Source: Caldilineaceae bacterium | Lineage (GTDB): Bacteria; Chloroflexota; Anaerolineae; Caldilineales; Caldilineaceae | Direction of reading: 5' to 3' | Assembly: GCA_041391225.1 (NCBI GenBank) | Contig: JAWKOL010000024.1 | Span: 38,947 to 102,946, forward strand | DNA: 64,000 bases | In this document: positions 1 through 10,856 of the stretch, in pieces | Layout of the letters: every line of letters starts with the position of its first letter | Position numbering within the stretch: position 1 is the stretch's first letter | Made by a program: the position numbers and the translations under genes | Notes under the pieces: generated by a model | Told to the model about the DNA's origin: nothing | Database searches by the model: none | What the model saw: the letters and a program-made list of their open reading frames with translations, nothing else

Positions 1-1855
1 GTTCGTCGCTGACCTGCCGATAGTGCCAGGCCAGCAGCGAATGTTTTTCTTCGATGAGTGAGCCGGGTGTACGCTCCACGAAACGCTCTAAAATGGGCCG
101 AATACTCTCTTTCCAGGCATCGTCCAGTGGTTCGATGGTTTGCCAATCGCCGCCGCGTGTGCGCATCCACACCGTGTTCAGCCACCAGCCCCATGTTCAG
201 GTGACCAAGCCAACGTGTGAGATCGTCTTTGCCGCGGCCACTAATGAGGACGACCTCGTTGTGTGGTCGCGCGCCAGGGCGGTGAGCAGTTCGTAGAGCG
301 CAGGATCGGGTGTGGCGTCCTGTGGGCGGTTGGCAAAGGAGACCAGCGTGCCGTCGTAGTCGAGGATGATAAGCCGCTGCTCGGACTTGGTGTAGTCGTC
401 CACCAGATCGGCGGTGCGCTTGCGATCCAACGGGCGCACGGTAAGCGGCATTTCGGTTTGACGGACGGTGCGCAGGCTTTCGATGAAGTCCTGCGCCCAG
501 CGGCGCACATCGTAGGCAGCCAGACGCGACTGCATGGCGCGGTTGCGGCGGATCTGTTCTTCTTCAGGCATGGTGAGGGCGCGGTGCAGGGCGTCGGCGA
601 TCTGTTGCTTGTCCTGCGGATTGACGACCAGCGCTTCGACTAACTCGGAGGCAGCGCCCGTCATTTCGCTGAGCACGAGGACACCGCGCCCGTCGTTCTT
701 GCTGGCAATGAACTCTTTTGCCACCAGGTTCATGCCGTCGCGCAGTGGGGTGAGCAGCGCCACGTCTGCGATCTCGTAGAGCGCCCGCAGCGCGTGAAAG
801 CCCTGTGTCTGGTAGAGATACCACACAGGCACCCAGCCCACCGCACCATGACGCCCGTTGATGTCGCCGACCAGTTCGTCGATCTGTTTCTTGAGTTGTT
901 GGTACTGCTCCACACCGGTGCGCGACGGCGCCGTCACCTGGATCAATGAGACGCGATTTCTGTAGTCGGGGTACTCGGTAAGGAAGTAATCGAAAGCGAT
1001 CAGGCGCTCGGGGATGCCTTTGGTGTAGTCGAGGCGATCCACCGAGAAGATGATGTGTCGATCTGCCACTTCATCGGTGAGCTGCGCCAGTTCGGCGCGC
1101 ACTTCGGGCAGATCACCGGCATCGGCGAAACGCCGGTAGTCGATGCCCATTGGGAAGGCGTCGGCTTTGAGCAGACGGTCTTCTACCTGGAGCACGCCCA
1201 GCTTGTCTTCGTAGCCGAGGATGCGCCGCACGCTGTCGAGAAAGTGACGGGCATAGCCGAAGGTGTGGAAGCCCACCAGGTCGGCGCCGATCAGCCCATG
1301 CAGCAGTTCAGCGCGCCACGGCAGCAGGCGGAATAGCTCATACGACGGGAACGGGATGTGCAGGAAGAAGCCGATCTGGGCATCGGGGACACGTTGACGT
1401 ACCATTTGTGGTAGGAGTAGGAAGTGATAGTCCTGGATCCAGATGGTATCGCCGGGTTCGGCTACACGCCCGATGGCTTCAGCAAAGAGCGTGTTCACCT
1501 CGCGGTATGCCTGCCATTGCGCTTCGTCGTACTGGGTGTACAGGTGAAAATAGTGAAAGTGTGGCCAGATGGTGTCGTTGCAGAAACCGAAGTAGAAGTC
1601 TTCTTCCTGTTGTTGCGAGAGAAAGATGGGCAAGTAGTCGCGCGCACGTAGATGCTCAGTAATCTCCTCGGTTTGGGCTTCGTCAATATCGTCGGACGTG
1701 ATGCCAGGCCAGCCGATCCAGAGGCTTTCACCCTCCTCGAAAAACGAACTCAGGCCGGTGGTCAATCCGCCGATACTCTCTGCATATTCAAGCCCTTCGT
1801 CCCCTTTGCGGACGCTGATCGGCAGGCGATTGGAAACGATAATCAGTTTTGACAT
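1..1855 (-). pseudogene. otsA: trehalose-6-phosphate synthase (GT20) fused to a trehalose-phosphatase HAD domain; 3' end leaves the window; phosphatase part frameshifted as sequenced
   Basis: ORF 197..2032(-), likely Met at 1855 (MSKLIIVSNRLP). GT20 motifs FLHIPFPSYELFR and GADLVGFHT. C-terminal ILDYDGTL HAD motif. TPP-like sequence (NEVVLISGRGKDDL, WMRTRGGDWQTIEP) continues in other frames from ~265 to base 1. Confidence 0.85.
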
Positions 1856-2247
1856 GATGAATTTGCTCCGTATGTCGCAAGATGGCACACTGTAGCTGCG
1901 CCTCTTTGTCGTCAGCCAACACTCAGGTCCTCTACGCAGTCGTTCTCGGCTAAAACGTGTGGAATTTGACCTGGCCGCGCATAGGTCGACCGGCAGAACC
2001 GTGTGGCAACGACGGTTAATGGTGTGCGGCAACGCGTGGATAGGTGGCAGCGTTGCCGGGAAAGCCTGTGGATTTGTTCACAATAGTATGGCAGTGTTAA
2101 GGCATTATCAGATGAAGTTTAACGGCTGGTTAGGATCAATGCCGTAACAGGGTATCCATTCGGAATGGGGAGGTCAACGGAGTCTTTCCCTACTGTTCAG
2201 GGAAGCACTCCCATTTCTGGGTCTCTCCTCACGCAGAAAGGCCAATC

Positions 2248-3546
2248 ATGCAGACGACACGCTCAGAAGAACTATTTGCCGCGGCCAAGGATCTGATTCC
2301 AGGCGGCGTGAACAGCCCGGTGCGCGCGTTCAAGAGTGTGGGCGGTACGCCGCGCTTTATCGATCGTGGCGAAGGCGCCTACTTTTGGGACGCCGACGGC
2401 AATCGCTTCGTCGATTACGTGCTTTCCTGGGGACCGTTGGTGCTGGGGCATGCACATCCCGCGGTGGTGGACGCGTTGATCGACGCTACACGGCGCGGCA
2501 CCAGCTACGGCGCGCCCACAGCGCTGGAGAGTGAGCTGGCCCAGCTTGTCATCGATACGGTGCCTTCGGTGGAGATGGTGCGCTTTGTGAACAGCGGCAC
2601 CGAGGCGTGTATGAGCGCGCTGCGCCTGGCCCGCGCCTACACAGGACGGGACAAGATCATCAAGTTCTCAGGCTGCTATCACGGCCACGCCGACATGCTG
2701 CTGGTACAGGCGGGCAGCGGTGTGGCCACGCTGGGGCTGCCCGATTCGCCCGGCGTGCCTGCGTCCACTGCGGCCAACACGTTGACAGCGCCGTACAACG
2801 ATCTCAACGCCGTCCGCGCGCTGTTCGAGGCCAATCCGGGCGCAGTTGCAGCGGCCATTGTGGAACCGATTGCGGCCAACATGGGCTTCGTGCTGCCCAA
2901 ACCAGGCCATTTACAGGCACTCCAGGACCTCTGTCACGAGTACGGCGCGCTGTTTATTTTGGATGAAGTGATGACCGGTTTCCGCGTTGCTCCAGGCGGC
3001 GCACAGCAGAAATGGGGACTCGACCCCGATCTGACGACGCTGGGCAAGGTGATCGGCGGTGGGCTGCCCGTGGGCGCCTACGCGGGCAAGCGAGAGATCA
3101 TGCAGAAGGTAGCGCCTGCCGGCCCCATGTACCAGGCAGGCACGCTTTCGGGCAACCCCCTGGCCATGACCGCGGGCCTGGTGACGATCCAAACGCTGCT
3201 GGCGCCCGGCGTCTTCGAGGCGATTGAAGCGCAGACGACAGCGCTGGTCGATGGCGTCACCGCGGCCGCGGCGGCGCACAATGTCCCCGTGCAGAGCGGA
3301 CACGCCGGCTCGATGTTCGGCATGTACTTCCTCAAAGAGGCAGGCGCGGTGATCGACAGCTACGAGAGCGCCAAGGTTTACGCCGACACCGAGAAGTTCG
3401 GTCGCTACTTCCACGCCATGCTCGATCGCGGCATCTACCTGGCCCCCAGCCAGTTTGAGGCTGGCTTCGTCAGCAGCGCCCACGGCGACGAGGAGATCCG
3501 CGCCACAGTGGAAGCAGCGAAAGCGGTGATGGCCGGATTGGGTTGA
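2248..3546 (+). CDS. hemL: glutamate-1-semialdehyde 2,1-aminomutase
   Basis: Intact 432-aa ORF with [20 protein letters not shown] and [15 protein letters not shown] (PLP-lysine region). Confidence 0.95.
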   Translation: MQTTRSEELFAAAKDLIPGGVNSPVRAFKSVGGTPRFIDRGEGAYFWDADGNRFVDYVLSWGPLVLGHAHPAVVDALIDATRRGTSYGAPTALESELAQLVIDTVPSVEMVRFVNSGTEACMSALRLARAYTGRDKIIKFSGCYHGHADMLLVQAGSGVATLGLPDSPGVPASTAANTLTAPYNDLNAVRALFEANPGAVAAAIVEPIAANMGFVLPKPGHLQALQDLCHEYGALFILDEVMTGFRVAPGGAQQKWGLDPDLTTLGKVIGGGLPVGAYAGKREIMQKVAPAGPMYQAGTLSGNPLAMTAGLVTIQTLLAPGVFEAIEAQTTALVDGVTAAAAAHNVPVQSGHAGSMFGMYFLKEAGAVIDSYESAKVYADTEKFGRYFHAMLDRGIYLAPSQFEAGFVSSAHGDEEIRATVEAAKAVMAGLG

Positions 3547-3571
3547 TTGGTGACTGGTGAGTGGTGAAGAA
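3544..3571. repeat. tandem heptamer array (TGAnTGG x4) starting on the hemL stop codon
   Basis: tgattgg tgactgg tgagtgg tgaagaa read directly. Confidence 0.8.
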
Positions 3572-3614
3572 AAAGAGAGCGGGATGCGGCTGTTTGCCGC
3601 ATCCCGCTCTCTTT
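3572..3614. terminator. bidirectional intrinsic-terminator hairpin between convergent hemL and MCP
   Basis: Perfect 19-nt arms AAAGAGAGCGGGATGCGGC / GCCGCATCCCGCTCTCTTT, 5-nt loop, A-run before and T-run after. Confidence 0.8.
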
Positions 3615-3648
3615 TGGTTCTATTCGCTCAGGCTAGTTGCAGCCCAAC

Positions 3649-6099
3649 TCAGTTGACTGGGATCGCGACGGCTTGCTTTTCGACTTTTTGTGACGCCAGA
3701 GCGTTCACCGGTTCCAGGTTGCGGCCATTTCCATTGGTCGCGACAGGTTTGGCGGCGGCGGCCGTGACCTGCACATCTGTACGGAAGTGGCTTACCTGTT
3801 CCAGCAGTTGTTGGGCCATGTAGGCCAACTGCGCTGCGGAGGCCACGGTCTCTTCCACCTGGGCGCTCACTTCTTCTGTGGCGGCGCTGACTTCTTCGGC
3901 AGCGGCGCTGTTTTCTTCGGATACGGCGGACACATCTTCCACAGACTGCATCACCTCGTCGGTGCTGCCGCAAGAGTTGTTCAGACGCAGCGCTGTTGCT
4001 GGCGACGACGACGGATACCTGCTCCATCAACCCCTGGAGTTCGCGGTTGCCCGCGTTCATGTCCACAACAGCCTGGCCCAACTGCTGGATCTGCGCCTGT
4101 ACCTGTGTCACCGCGGCCTGGATGCGCATGAGCACCTGTTCCGTGTCACCTGCCATGCTCAGGCCCTGATCCACCTCCTGGCGGCTCTCGTCCATGGCGG
4201 TGACGGCCTGGGTGGCGGTGGATTGCACGGCCTTGACGATGCCGGTGATCTCGCCGGCGGCGCGTCCGGCCTGTTCGGCCAGCTTGCGCACTTCGTCGGC
4301 CACCACGGCGAACCCCTTGCCGTGTTCGCCGGCGCGGGCCGCTTCGATGGCGGCGTTGAGCGCCAGCAAGTTCGTGCGCTCGGCGATCTCGTCGATGGTC
4401 TGCACGATGGTGCCGATCTCCTGGCTACGGCTGCTCATCTCCACCACGCGGTCCGCTACATTCTTGGTCTTGGTGGCGATGGTGCGCATGCCGTTGATGG
4501 TCTTGGCCACGGTGGGACGCCCTCTTGTGTGGCGTGTCCAGTCTCATCGACCGCAGATCGGCTCTCTTCGGTGGCGGCCTGCACCTGCTGAATCGCCACC
4601 ACCAGGCGTCCTTGCAGTGTCCGGTTCATGTCATCGACACTGCTGGACTGCTGACGTGCGCCCTCGGCAATGCTGAGGATCGACTGTGTCTGCTGTTCGA
4701 TGATGCGCCGTGTGCCTTCCAGACTGTGGCTCTGCTGCGTGTTGGCCTCGGCCACCTGGCTGATGGTCAGTGCGATCTGCTGTGTAGCCTGGCCTGCCTG
4801 CCCGCTGGCTTCGTTCAACTGCTCGCTGGCGCTGGTGACACTCTCGGCGCTGTGACGGACATTGCGAATCAGGTTGCGCAGGTTGGCCGACATCGAAGCG
4901 AAGGCGTCGCCTGTCACCTGGAGACGGTCGATGATCGTGTTGAACGACTCGGCCATCTTGCCCACTTCGTCTCGGCTGCTCACGGCGAGCGGCTGGGCCG
5001 TCATCTCGACGCTGCGCTCCGATAGATCGCCTTGGGCCATCAGGTCCAGTTCGTTGGCCAGGTTCGTCAGATCCACTTGGGCGATGTGGACCGATGCTTC
5101 CATCACCGCCGTGAGCGGACGTGTGATGCTACGCGAGATGACCCAGCCGAGGCTCAGCCCGAACACCACGGCAAAGGCAATGGTGAAGATCAGAATCCAG
5201 CGGGTCTGCGTGACAATATCGGTGGATGCAGTCGCCTGCGCCTCAAAATCAACGGTGACGCTGTCGGACATGTCGGTAGCATCGTCGCGCACTTCGGGGC
5301 CGACAACGTCTAGTACTGTGCTTGTCAGCTCATTTTGCAGCGCATAGTCGGCTTGCAGGCTGTCAAAACCGGCTTTGTAGGTTTCGATGGCGGCAAGCGC
5401 CTCTTCCGCCAGGCGGCGATCCGCTGTACTGGTGAAATCGGTCAACATCATCTGATAGGCGTTCATGGCCTCGGTGTAGCGTTCCTCGAAGAGATCCACC
5501 CACATTACCTCGCCCACTTGCAGGTACTTGAAGGCATTGAAGCGCATGAGCAGCAGCGCTGCCTGAACGTCACCGCTGTGCTGCACACCAGGCAGGTTGC
5601 CCGCGTCGAAGGCCCGGTTGCGCAGTTGACGCAGCTTTTCTTCGGCAAGCGGTCCCTGAACATCGAGCACACCCACGACTACAGCGTTGCGCGTCGAGAT
5701 CAGATCCGCGACTTCGCTGAAAGTCGTCTCATATCTACCCACGTCCGATCTGATCTCTTGGAGCATCTGTACCCGCTCAGGCTTGGTGATTGCCACATCG
5801 GCCTGCGATAGCACATTGTTAAGGTCGGACATCTCCTCTTCATATTGGGCAAAGTAGGCGTCCTGTGGATCACGGATGAACTTGTTGGCGTGAAAACGTA
5901 CCAGCAAGATATGCTCCACCAAGGACTCCGAAATTCGTTGGTCTTCGGCCAGGTTCGTGGCCAGATCCGTCACTTTGCCGTTGATCTGCTCCAACTGCAC
6001 CAATGCCACACCACCAACGATCCCCATCAGAATCAGTGCAATAACATAGCCGGCGATGATCTTGGCGCCCACTTGCAGATTTCCGAATACGGCTTTCAT
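3649..6099 (-). pseudogene. methyl-accepting chemotaxis protein (TM, helical periplasmic sensor, HAMP, signalling domain), two frame breaks as sequenced
   Basis: ORFs 4456..6099, 3620..4510 and 3649..3954 join into one MCP. Signalling hairpin [39 protein letters not shown]. Breaks near 4490 and 3955. Confidence 0.85.
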
Positions 6100-6274
6100 G
6101 GTTCCCCCCCCGCAACTGGTTTACGATGGACGTAAGGCGATATTTTGCTTTTCGGCTATGGAGGCGGCTCCCAACATACGCCATTTCCACAGTCCGGTGG
6201 GGAGCCTGAGATTCATGGCGCGTGGACAGAATGCGTGCATCGAGTAGACCGGCTGATCGCTACCGGTTTCAACA

Positions 6275-6325
6275 GTTGTTACACGAGGTTGTTACACGAA
6301 GTTGTTACACGAAGTTGTTCTACAA
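6275..6325. repeat. 13-bp tandem direct repeat GTTGTTACACGAR, 3 full copies plus a degenerate fourth
   Basis: 6275-6287, 6288-6300 and 6301-6313 are near-identical; 6314-6325 is gttgttctacaa. Lies between the 3' end of the 6345..6788 gene and the MCP promoter region. Confidence 0.9.
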
Positions 6326-6344
6326 AGACATGCGAGGTGAGGGG

Positions 6345-6788
6345 CTATCCCCAGTTATCGATTATGATCTCGTGGCTGGTATCTTGGGAGTGTTGAAGGA
6401 TGCGGAGTATTTCTTCATCGGAGGGGACGCTGTCGTGAGTCTGCCACCAGCGGTAGTACCAGCGCAGCGTGTGCTTGACGAACCCCACCATCATTTCGTC
6501 GCCGTCCAGCGGTGGGATGCGCTTCTGAATCTGCTCCAAAGTCTGTTCGCGGTCGGCGGCAGTGAGTTCTTCGATGCTGGCGAGGATCGCCTGTGTGCGC
6601 AGCAGAAAGAGTCCGTTGATGGCAGGGAAGTCCTGACCGATCTGGCGCACATTGCCCAGATACGCCACCGTGCGCTGCCGAGGTTCGCCCTGCTCGTCGC
6701 GGTAGCTCTCCACGAGGTAGGCATCGTGAAAGGTGACATTCACGATCTCGGCGTTTTTGTGTCCTCTCACCACCCAGCGTACAAACAC
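6345..6788 (-). CDS. hypothetical protein (147 aa)
   Basis: Intact ORF. GTG start preceded by GAGGAG at a 7-nt spacing. N-terminal YLVESYRDEQGEPRQRTVAYLG resembles a motif I recall from N-termini of IS1634-type transposases and related hypotheticals. The rest is not recognisable. Confidence 0.6.
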   Translation of the reverse strand: MFVRWVVRGHKNAEIVNVTFHDAYLVESYRDEQGEPRQRTVAYLGNVRQIGQDFPAINGLFLLRTQAILASIEELTAADREQTLEQIQKRIPPLDGDEMMVGFVKHTLRWYYRWWQTHDSVPSDEEILRILQHSQDTSHEIIIDNWG

Positions 6789-6944
6789 AAGGCAACTCCT
6801 CTCACGGCGGAATCAGCAGCCGCTGCCCGGGCCGACGATATTGCTTCCAGTGTACAGATTGGCTGTTGGCTTCACCCTGCCCACGTGGACAGTATGAGTG
6901 GACGCTACAACTGAATACAGCGACTCATTTGCGCCACTTTGGTA

Positions 6945-7748
6945 CTAGGCTACCGACGGACAAGGTTCTGCGGGATCGACCACATGCACCTTGATGCCCA
7001 TTTCTACGAGACGGCTCGACATCCGCCGACGAAACCTGATTGTCGGTGACAACCTCGCGTACGGCGGCCAGCGGCACAACGGGCAACAGCGAACGCACGC
7101 CGAACTTGCTACCGTCCAGCAGCAGCACGATCCTGCGGCGCTGGCGGCCATCGCCCGCTTCACCTGGATCTCCAGAGGGTTTGATCGCGGATGCCTCGGG
7201 GAAACTGGAGGCCGGTCGTTGAGGAAAAAGTATGCGCGCTGAGATCGTCGAAGAAACGCTCCGCTTGAGGGCCCACGAACGTGTTCGCTTTACCAAGCAG
7301 AATGCCGCCATTGCTTCATCACCGTCATCGAGCCGGTATGCTGCATCGCCTCTTGTGGATCGTCTGCACACCGTTGGTGACCACAGTCAGATTGCGCTGT
7401 GTGAGGTACTTGGTGATGGCGGCAACGGTTGTCCCTGCATCAAGGATGAGGATCCCGCTGTCGTGGGCCAGATGACGTACCACATAGCAGGCGATGGCCT
7501 CTTTCTCACGGCTGCGTACCGTCTGTGTTTGCTAAAATACGCCGGTTCGGGGGCAGCCGTGCTTTCAGGCATAATCGCGCCGCCAAGCACGCTGCAAGCG
7601 TTGCCGCCTTCCTCCAACAACGTAATGCGTCGCTTCAAATCGTCACGTACGATACATCAAAACGCTCCGCCAATGCCTCCGTGTTCACCCTGGATCCTTC
7701 TTGCCGGATCATCTGACGAATCAACGCTCGCCGCTGTTCCGGCAGCAC
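6945..7748 (-). pseudogene. DeoR-family transcriptional regulator, at least 4 frame breaks as sequenced
   Basis: N-terminal HTH part LPEQRRALIRQMIRQEGSRVNTEALAERFDVSYVTI. Sugar-binding part ILILDAGTTVAAITKYL, LEIQVKRAMAASA, IVLLLDGSKFGVRSLLPVVPLAAVREVVTD. Pieces are scattered over three frames. Confidence 0.7.
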
Positions 7749-7905
7749 CTTCCCTTGCTCCCTATCCCATTTTCCTGCATAGATCCTCTGCTTCGTAGGC
7801 GGGTCAATCGATTAACTTAACCAGGGCAGTGTATCAGTCATGTTTGCACCTGTCAACGAACCTAACATATTTTAACATTTTTGCAGTTACTGCGTAACTT
7901 CCGGC

Positions 7906-7934
7906 TTGACACATGTAAAATAATGCAGTATCTT
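7906..7934 (+). promoter_or_regulatory. sigma70-like promoter for the isomerase/kinase genes, in the AT-rich divergent region shared with the DeoR gene
   Basis: TTGACA (7906-7911), 17-nt spacer, TATCTT (7929-7934), 47 nt before the ATG at 7981. A small inverted repeat GTTAC-TGC-GTAAC at 7886-7898 is a possible operator. Confidence 0.45.
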
Positions 7935-7980
7935 CTGTTCAGTTTCAAGCTTTTCACCATCCCCCAATCACAAAACCATC

Positions 7981-8530
7981 ATGAATCTTGACGCAGCCAA
8001 TCTACATACGATCTTCGATATTACCCGCGGCACAATTGACGGCGCCGCGGTGACAGAGCGCTACCTGCGCGACATGACCGGCTACCACGCCGACGCTGAC
8101 GCCTTCGCTGCGCCGCTGGCCCAGGGCAACGCGCTGGCACTACAACGTCTCCGCGGTGGCGCCGGACGACGGTGAAGGCGCGCTGCACTACGCCATCGGG
8201 AACCTGCTGCCAGGACGTGCCGGCCAGGAATACTTCATGACAAAAGGACACTTCCACGCCTGGCGCGCCGCCGCCGAGTACTACATCGGCCTGAGCGGCG
8301 AAGGCGTGATGCTGCTGGAAAGCGAAGACGGCGAAGAAAGCCGCCTGCTGCCGCTCACCGCCAATGCCGCTGTCTACGTGCCTGGTCACATCGCTCACCG
8401 CACCATCAACACCGGGGATGAACCGCTCGTCTACCTGGGCATCTACCCTGCCCAAGCGGGCCACGACTACGGCGCCATCGCCGAGCGCAACTTCCGCCAC
8501 GTGGTGGTGAGATCGACGGCAGGCCGGTGA
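7981..8530 (+). pseudogene. cupin-type glucose-6-phosphate isomerase (cPGI), one frame break near 8140-8155
   Basis: TKGHFHAWRAAAEYYIGLSGEGVMLLE and YVPGHIAHRTINTG match the archaeal-type cupin PGI signature. The N-terminus is in ORF 7981..8175. Confidence 0.75.
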
Positions 8531-8631
8531 TGATGGAACGAGAGCGGTGTGGCTTCGTTGCGAGCGAAGTGACGGACGAATTTCCACCTGCAAACCTGCC
8601 ACCTGCAACTTGCCCACCCAAAGGTTCTCCC

Positions 8632-9000
8632 ATGACCAACTACGTCACCAAACCCATCCCCGCGCACAAGCCCGACGTGGAGCACGTGGTGCGCCCGTGG
8701 GGATCAGTTCAAGCAGTACGCCCACAACCAGAGGTGACGGTGAGCCTGATGACCGTCACCGCGGATCAACGATTGAGCCTGGTAATCTCACACCGGGCGC
8801 GCCGAACTGTGGATCGTCCTCGACGACGGGGCCGCGGTGCAGGTGGACGATGAGATCATTCATCCCGCCGCCGGTGACGAAATCTGATCCCGGCCAACAG
8901 CCGTCATCGCCTGAGCACAGGACCCACCGTGCGTGTGCTAGAAGTGGCTGGTAACTGGGCAACAGGCCGACATCACCCGCTACGACGACGATCACACGCC
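8632..9000 (+). pseudogene. small cupin, mannose-6-phosphate isomerase type II C-terminal-domain-like, frameshifted; 3' end uncertain
   Basis: VVRPWG, VTVSLMTVTADQRLSL, AELWIVLDDGAAVQVDDEIIHPAAGDEI, PANSRHRLSTGPTVRVLEV and ADITRYDDD read across three frames. Confidence 0.55.
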
Positions 9001-9193
9001 TGCCCGGCGGAGGGGGAATGATGTTGCCCACCACCTGGCGCAAGACGACTCAGGACCTCGGCCCCGTCCGTCCACACAGCCACGGACACCATGGCATACG
9101 ATCTCTATCCCGGCTTCCCGTGGGCGAGGACACGATCCACGCTTACGCTGCACGTCACTGGCCGAGCGTCTGCGCGGCGAACAGATCCTCATC

Positions 9194-10804
9194 GTGGACG
9201 GCTTCATCGGCGTCTTTTGGGATCATTTCCGCACTGAATTGGACGCGGCGTTGACGGCGCAGGGCGTCTCAGCGCGCTGGGTCAACGTGGCCGACGCCAT
9301 GAAAACGCCCGCCGAGATCGAGGCGATGATCGATCCCTTCCTCGGCGGCGATGACCCCATCTTCGGCACCCGCTACACCGGCATCCTGCGCGATTTCTTC
9401 GACGCCGAGAAACTGGCCGCGCTGCAACCCGAACAGGGGCAGATGACCGTCCTCTACGGCTGCGGCGCAGCGCTGGCCGCCTGGCAGGGGACACTGGTCT
9501 ACGTGGACCTGCCCAAGAACGAGTTACAAGTCCGCTCGCGGGCGGGGACGGTCACCAACCTGGGCGCGCACGAGGCAGGATCGCCCAAGGCCATGTACAA
9601 ACGCTACTACTTTGTGGACTGGCCGGCGCTGAACGCGCACAAGGCCGATCTCCTGCCCAACATCGATATCATCGTGGACGGTCAACGGCCCGACGAACTG
9701 CTGTGGATGAGCGGCGACGCTCTGCGCGGTGCGCTGACCCGCATGAGCCGCAGCTTTTTCCGCGTGCGCCCGTGGTTCGAGCCGGGCGCGTGGGGTGGCC
9801 AGTGGATCAAGGAAAAGATCCCCCAGCTGCCCCAGGACGCGGTCAACTACGCCTGGTCGTTCGAGTTGATCGTCCCCGAGAACGGGCTGATGTTCGAGGG
9901 CGACGGGCGGCTGCTCGAAGTCTCGTTCGACATGCTCATGTTCCACGATCACCGGGCCGTGCTGGGCGACTGTGCAGACGCCTTCAAATACGAGTTCCCC
10001 ATCCGTTTCGACTTCCTCGACACCTTCGACGGCGGCAATTTGTCGGTGCAGTGCCACCCACGGCCAGATTTCATCCGCCGCGAGTTCGGCGAAACTTTCA
10101 CCCAGGACGAGACCTACTACATCCTCGACGCCAAACCGGATGCACAGGTCTACCTTGGCTTCCAGGACGGCATCGATCCGGTCACCTTCCGCCGCGCGCT
10201 GGAGGAAAGCCAGGCCAAGGCGCAGGCCATGGACATCGAACAGTTCGTGCAGCACTTCCCCGCGCAGAAGCACGGGCTGTTCTTGATCCCGCATGGCACC
10301 GTCCACTGCTCGGGGAAAGACGTGATGGTGCTGGAGATCAGCGCCACACCCTACATTTTCACCTTCAAGATGTACGACTGGATGCGCCTGGATCTGGACG
10401 GCAAACCGCGGCCCATCAACATTGAGCGCGCCTTCGCCAATCTCAATTTCAGCCGCCAAGGAAGCCGCGTCGCGGACGAGTTGATCTCGAAGCCCACCGT
10501 CATCGCCCACGGCGACGACTGGCAACTCGTCCACCTACCCACCCACGCCGACCACTTCTACGACGTGCATCGCTTCGAGTTCGACAGCAGCGTCGAAGCC
10601 GAAACCGGCGGCTCGTGTCACGTCATGAGCCTGGTCGAGGGGACGTCGATCCTATTGGAGACGGCGGACGGCACGCGCCAACGTTTCAACTATGCCGAAA
10701 CCTTCGTCGTCCCCGCGGCGGCGGGGCGCTATCGGCTTGTCAACGAGGGCAATGGACGGGCGATGGTGGTGAAGGCGTTTGTGAAAGCATCGTTTAAGCT
10801 GTAG
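9194..10804 (+). CDS. class I mannose-6-phosphate isomerase-like protein (long form)
   Basis: Intact 536-aa ORF with LSVQCHPRPDF and ETYYILDA motifs. The true start is probably the ATG at 9090 (MAYDLYP...), joined through two frame breaks near 9120 and 9150. Confidence 0.7.
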   Translation: MDGFIGVFWDHFRTELDAALTAQGVSARWVNVADAMKTPAEIEAMIDPFLGGDDPIFGTRYTGILRDFFDAEKLAALQPEQGQMTVLYGCGAALAAWQGTLVYVDLPKNELQVRSRAGTVTNLGAHEAGSPKAMYKRYYFVDWPALNAHKADLLPNIDIIVDGQRPDELLWMSGDALRGALTRMSRSFFRVRPWFEPGAWGGQWIKEKIPQLPQDAVNYAWSFELIVPENGLMFEGDGRLLEVSFDMLMFHDHRAVLGDCADAFKYEFPIRFDFLDTFDGGNLSVQCHPRPDFIRREFGETFTQDETYYILDAKPDAQVYLGFQDGIDPVTFRRALEESQAKAQAMDIEQFVQHFPAQKHGLFLIPHGTVHCSGKDVMVLEISATPYIFTFKMYDWMRLDLDGKPRPINIERAFANLNFSRQGSRVADELISKPTVIAHGDDWQLVHLPTHADHFYDVHRFEFDSSVEAETGGSCHVMSLVEGTSILLETADGTRQRFNYAETFVVPAAAGRYRLVNEGNGRAMVVKAFVKASFKL

Positions 10805-10856
10805 TGCTCAATCTCCTAATCTATCAATCGCCTAATCTCACCCACACAGGCCCACC

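Noticed and set aside
2160-2220. Possible two-stem structure in the hemL 5' leader (GAATGGGGAG/CTCCCATTTC enclosing TTCCCT/AGGGAA).
   Set aside because: The stems are short and imperfect, no known hemL riboswitch exists, and there is no second copy for covariation. It cannot be distinguished from chance pairing.
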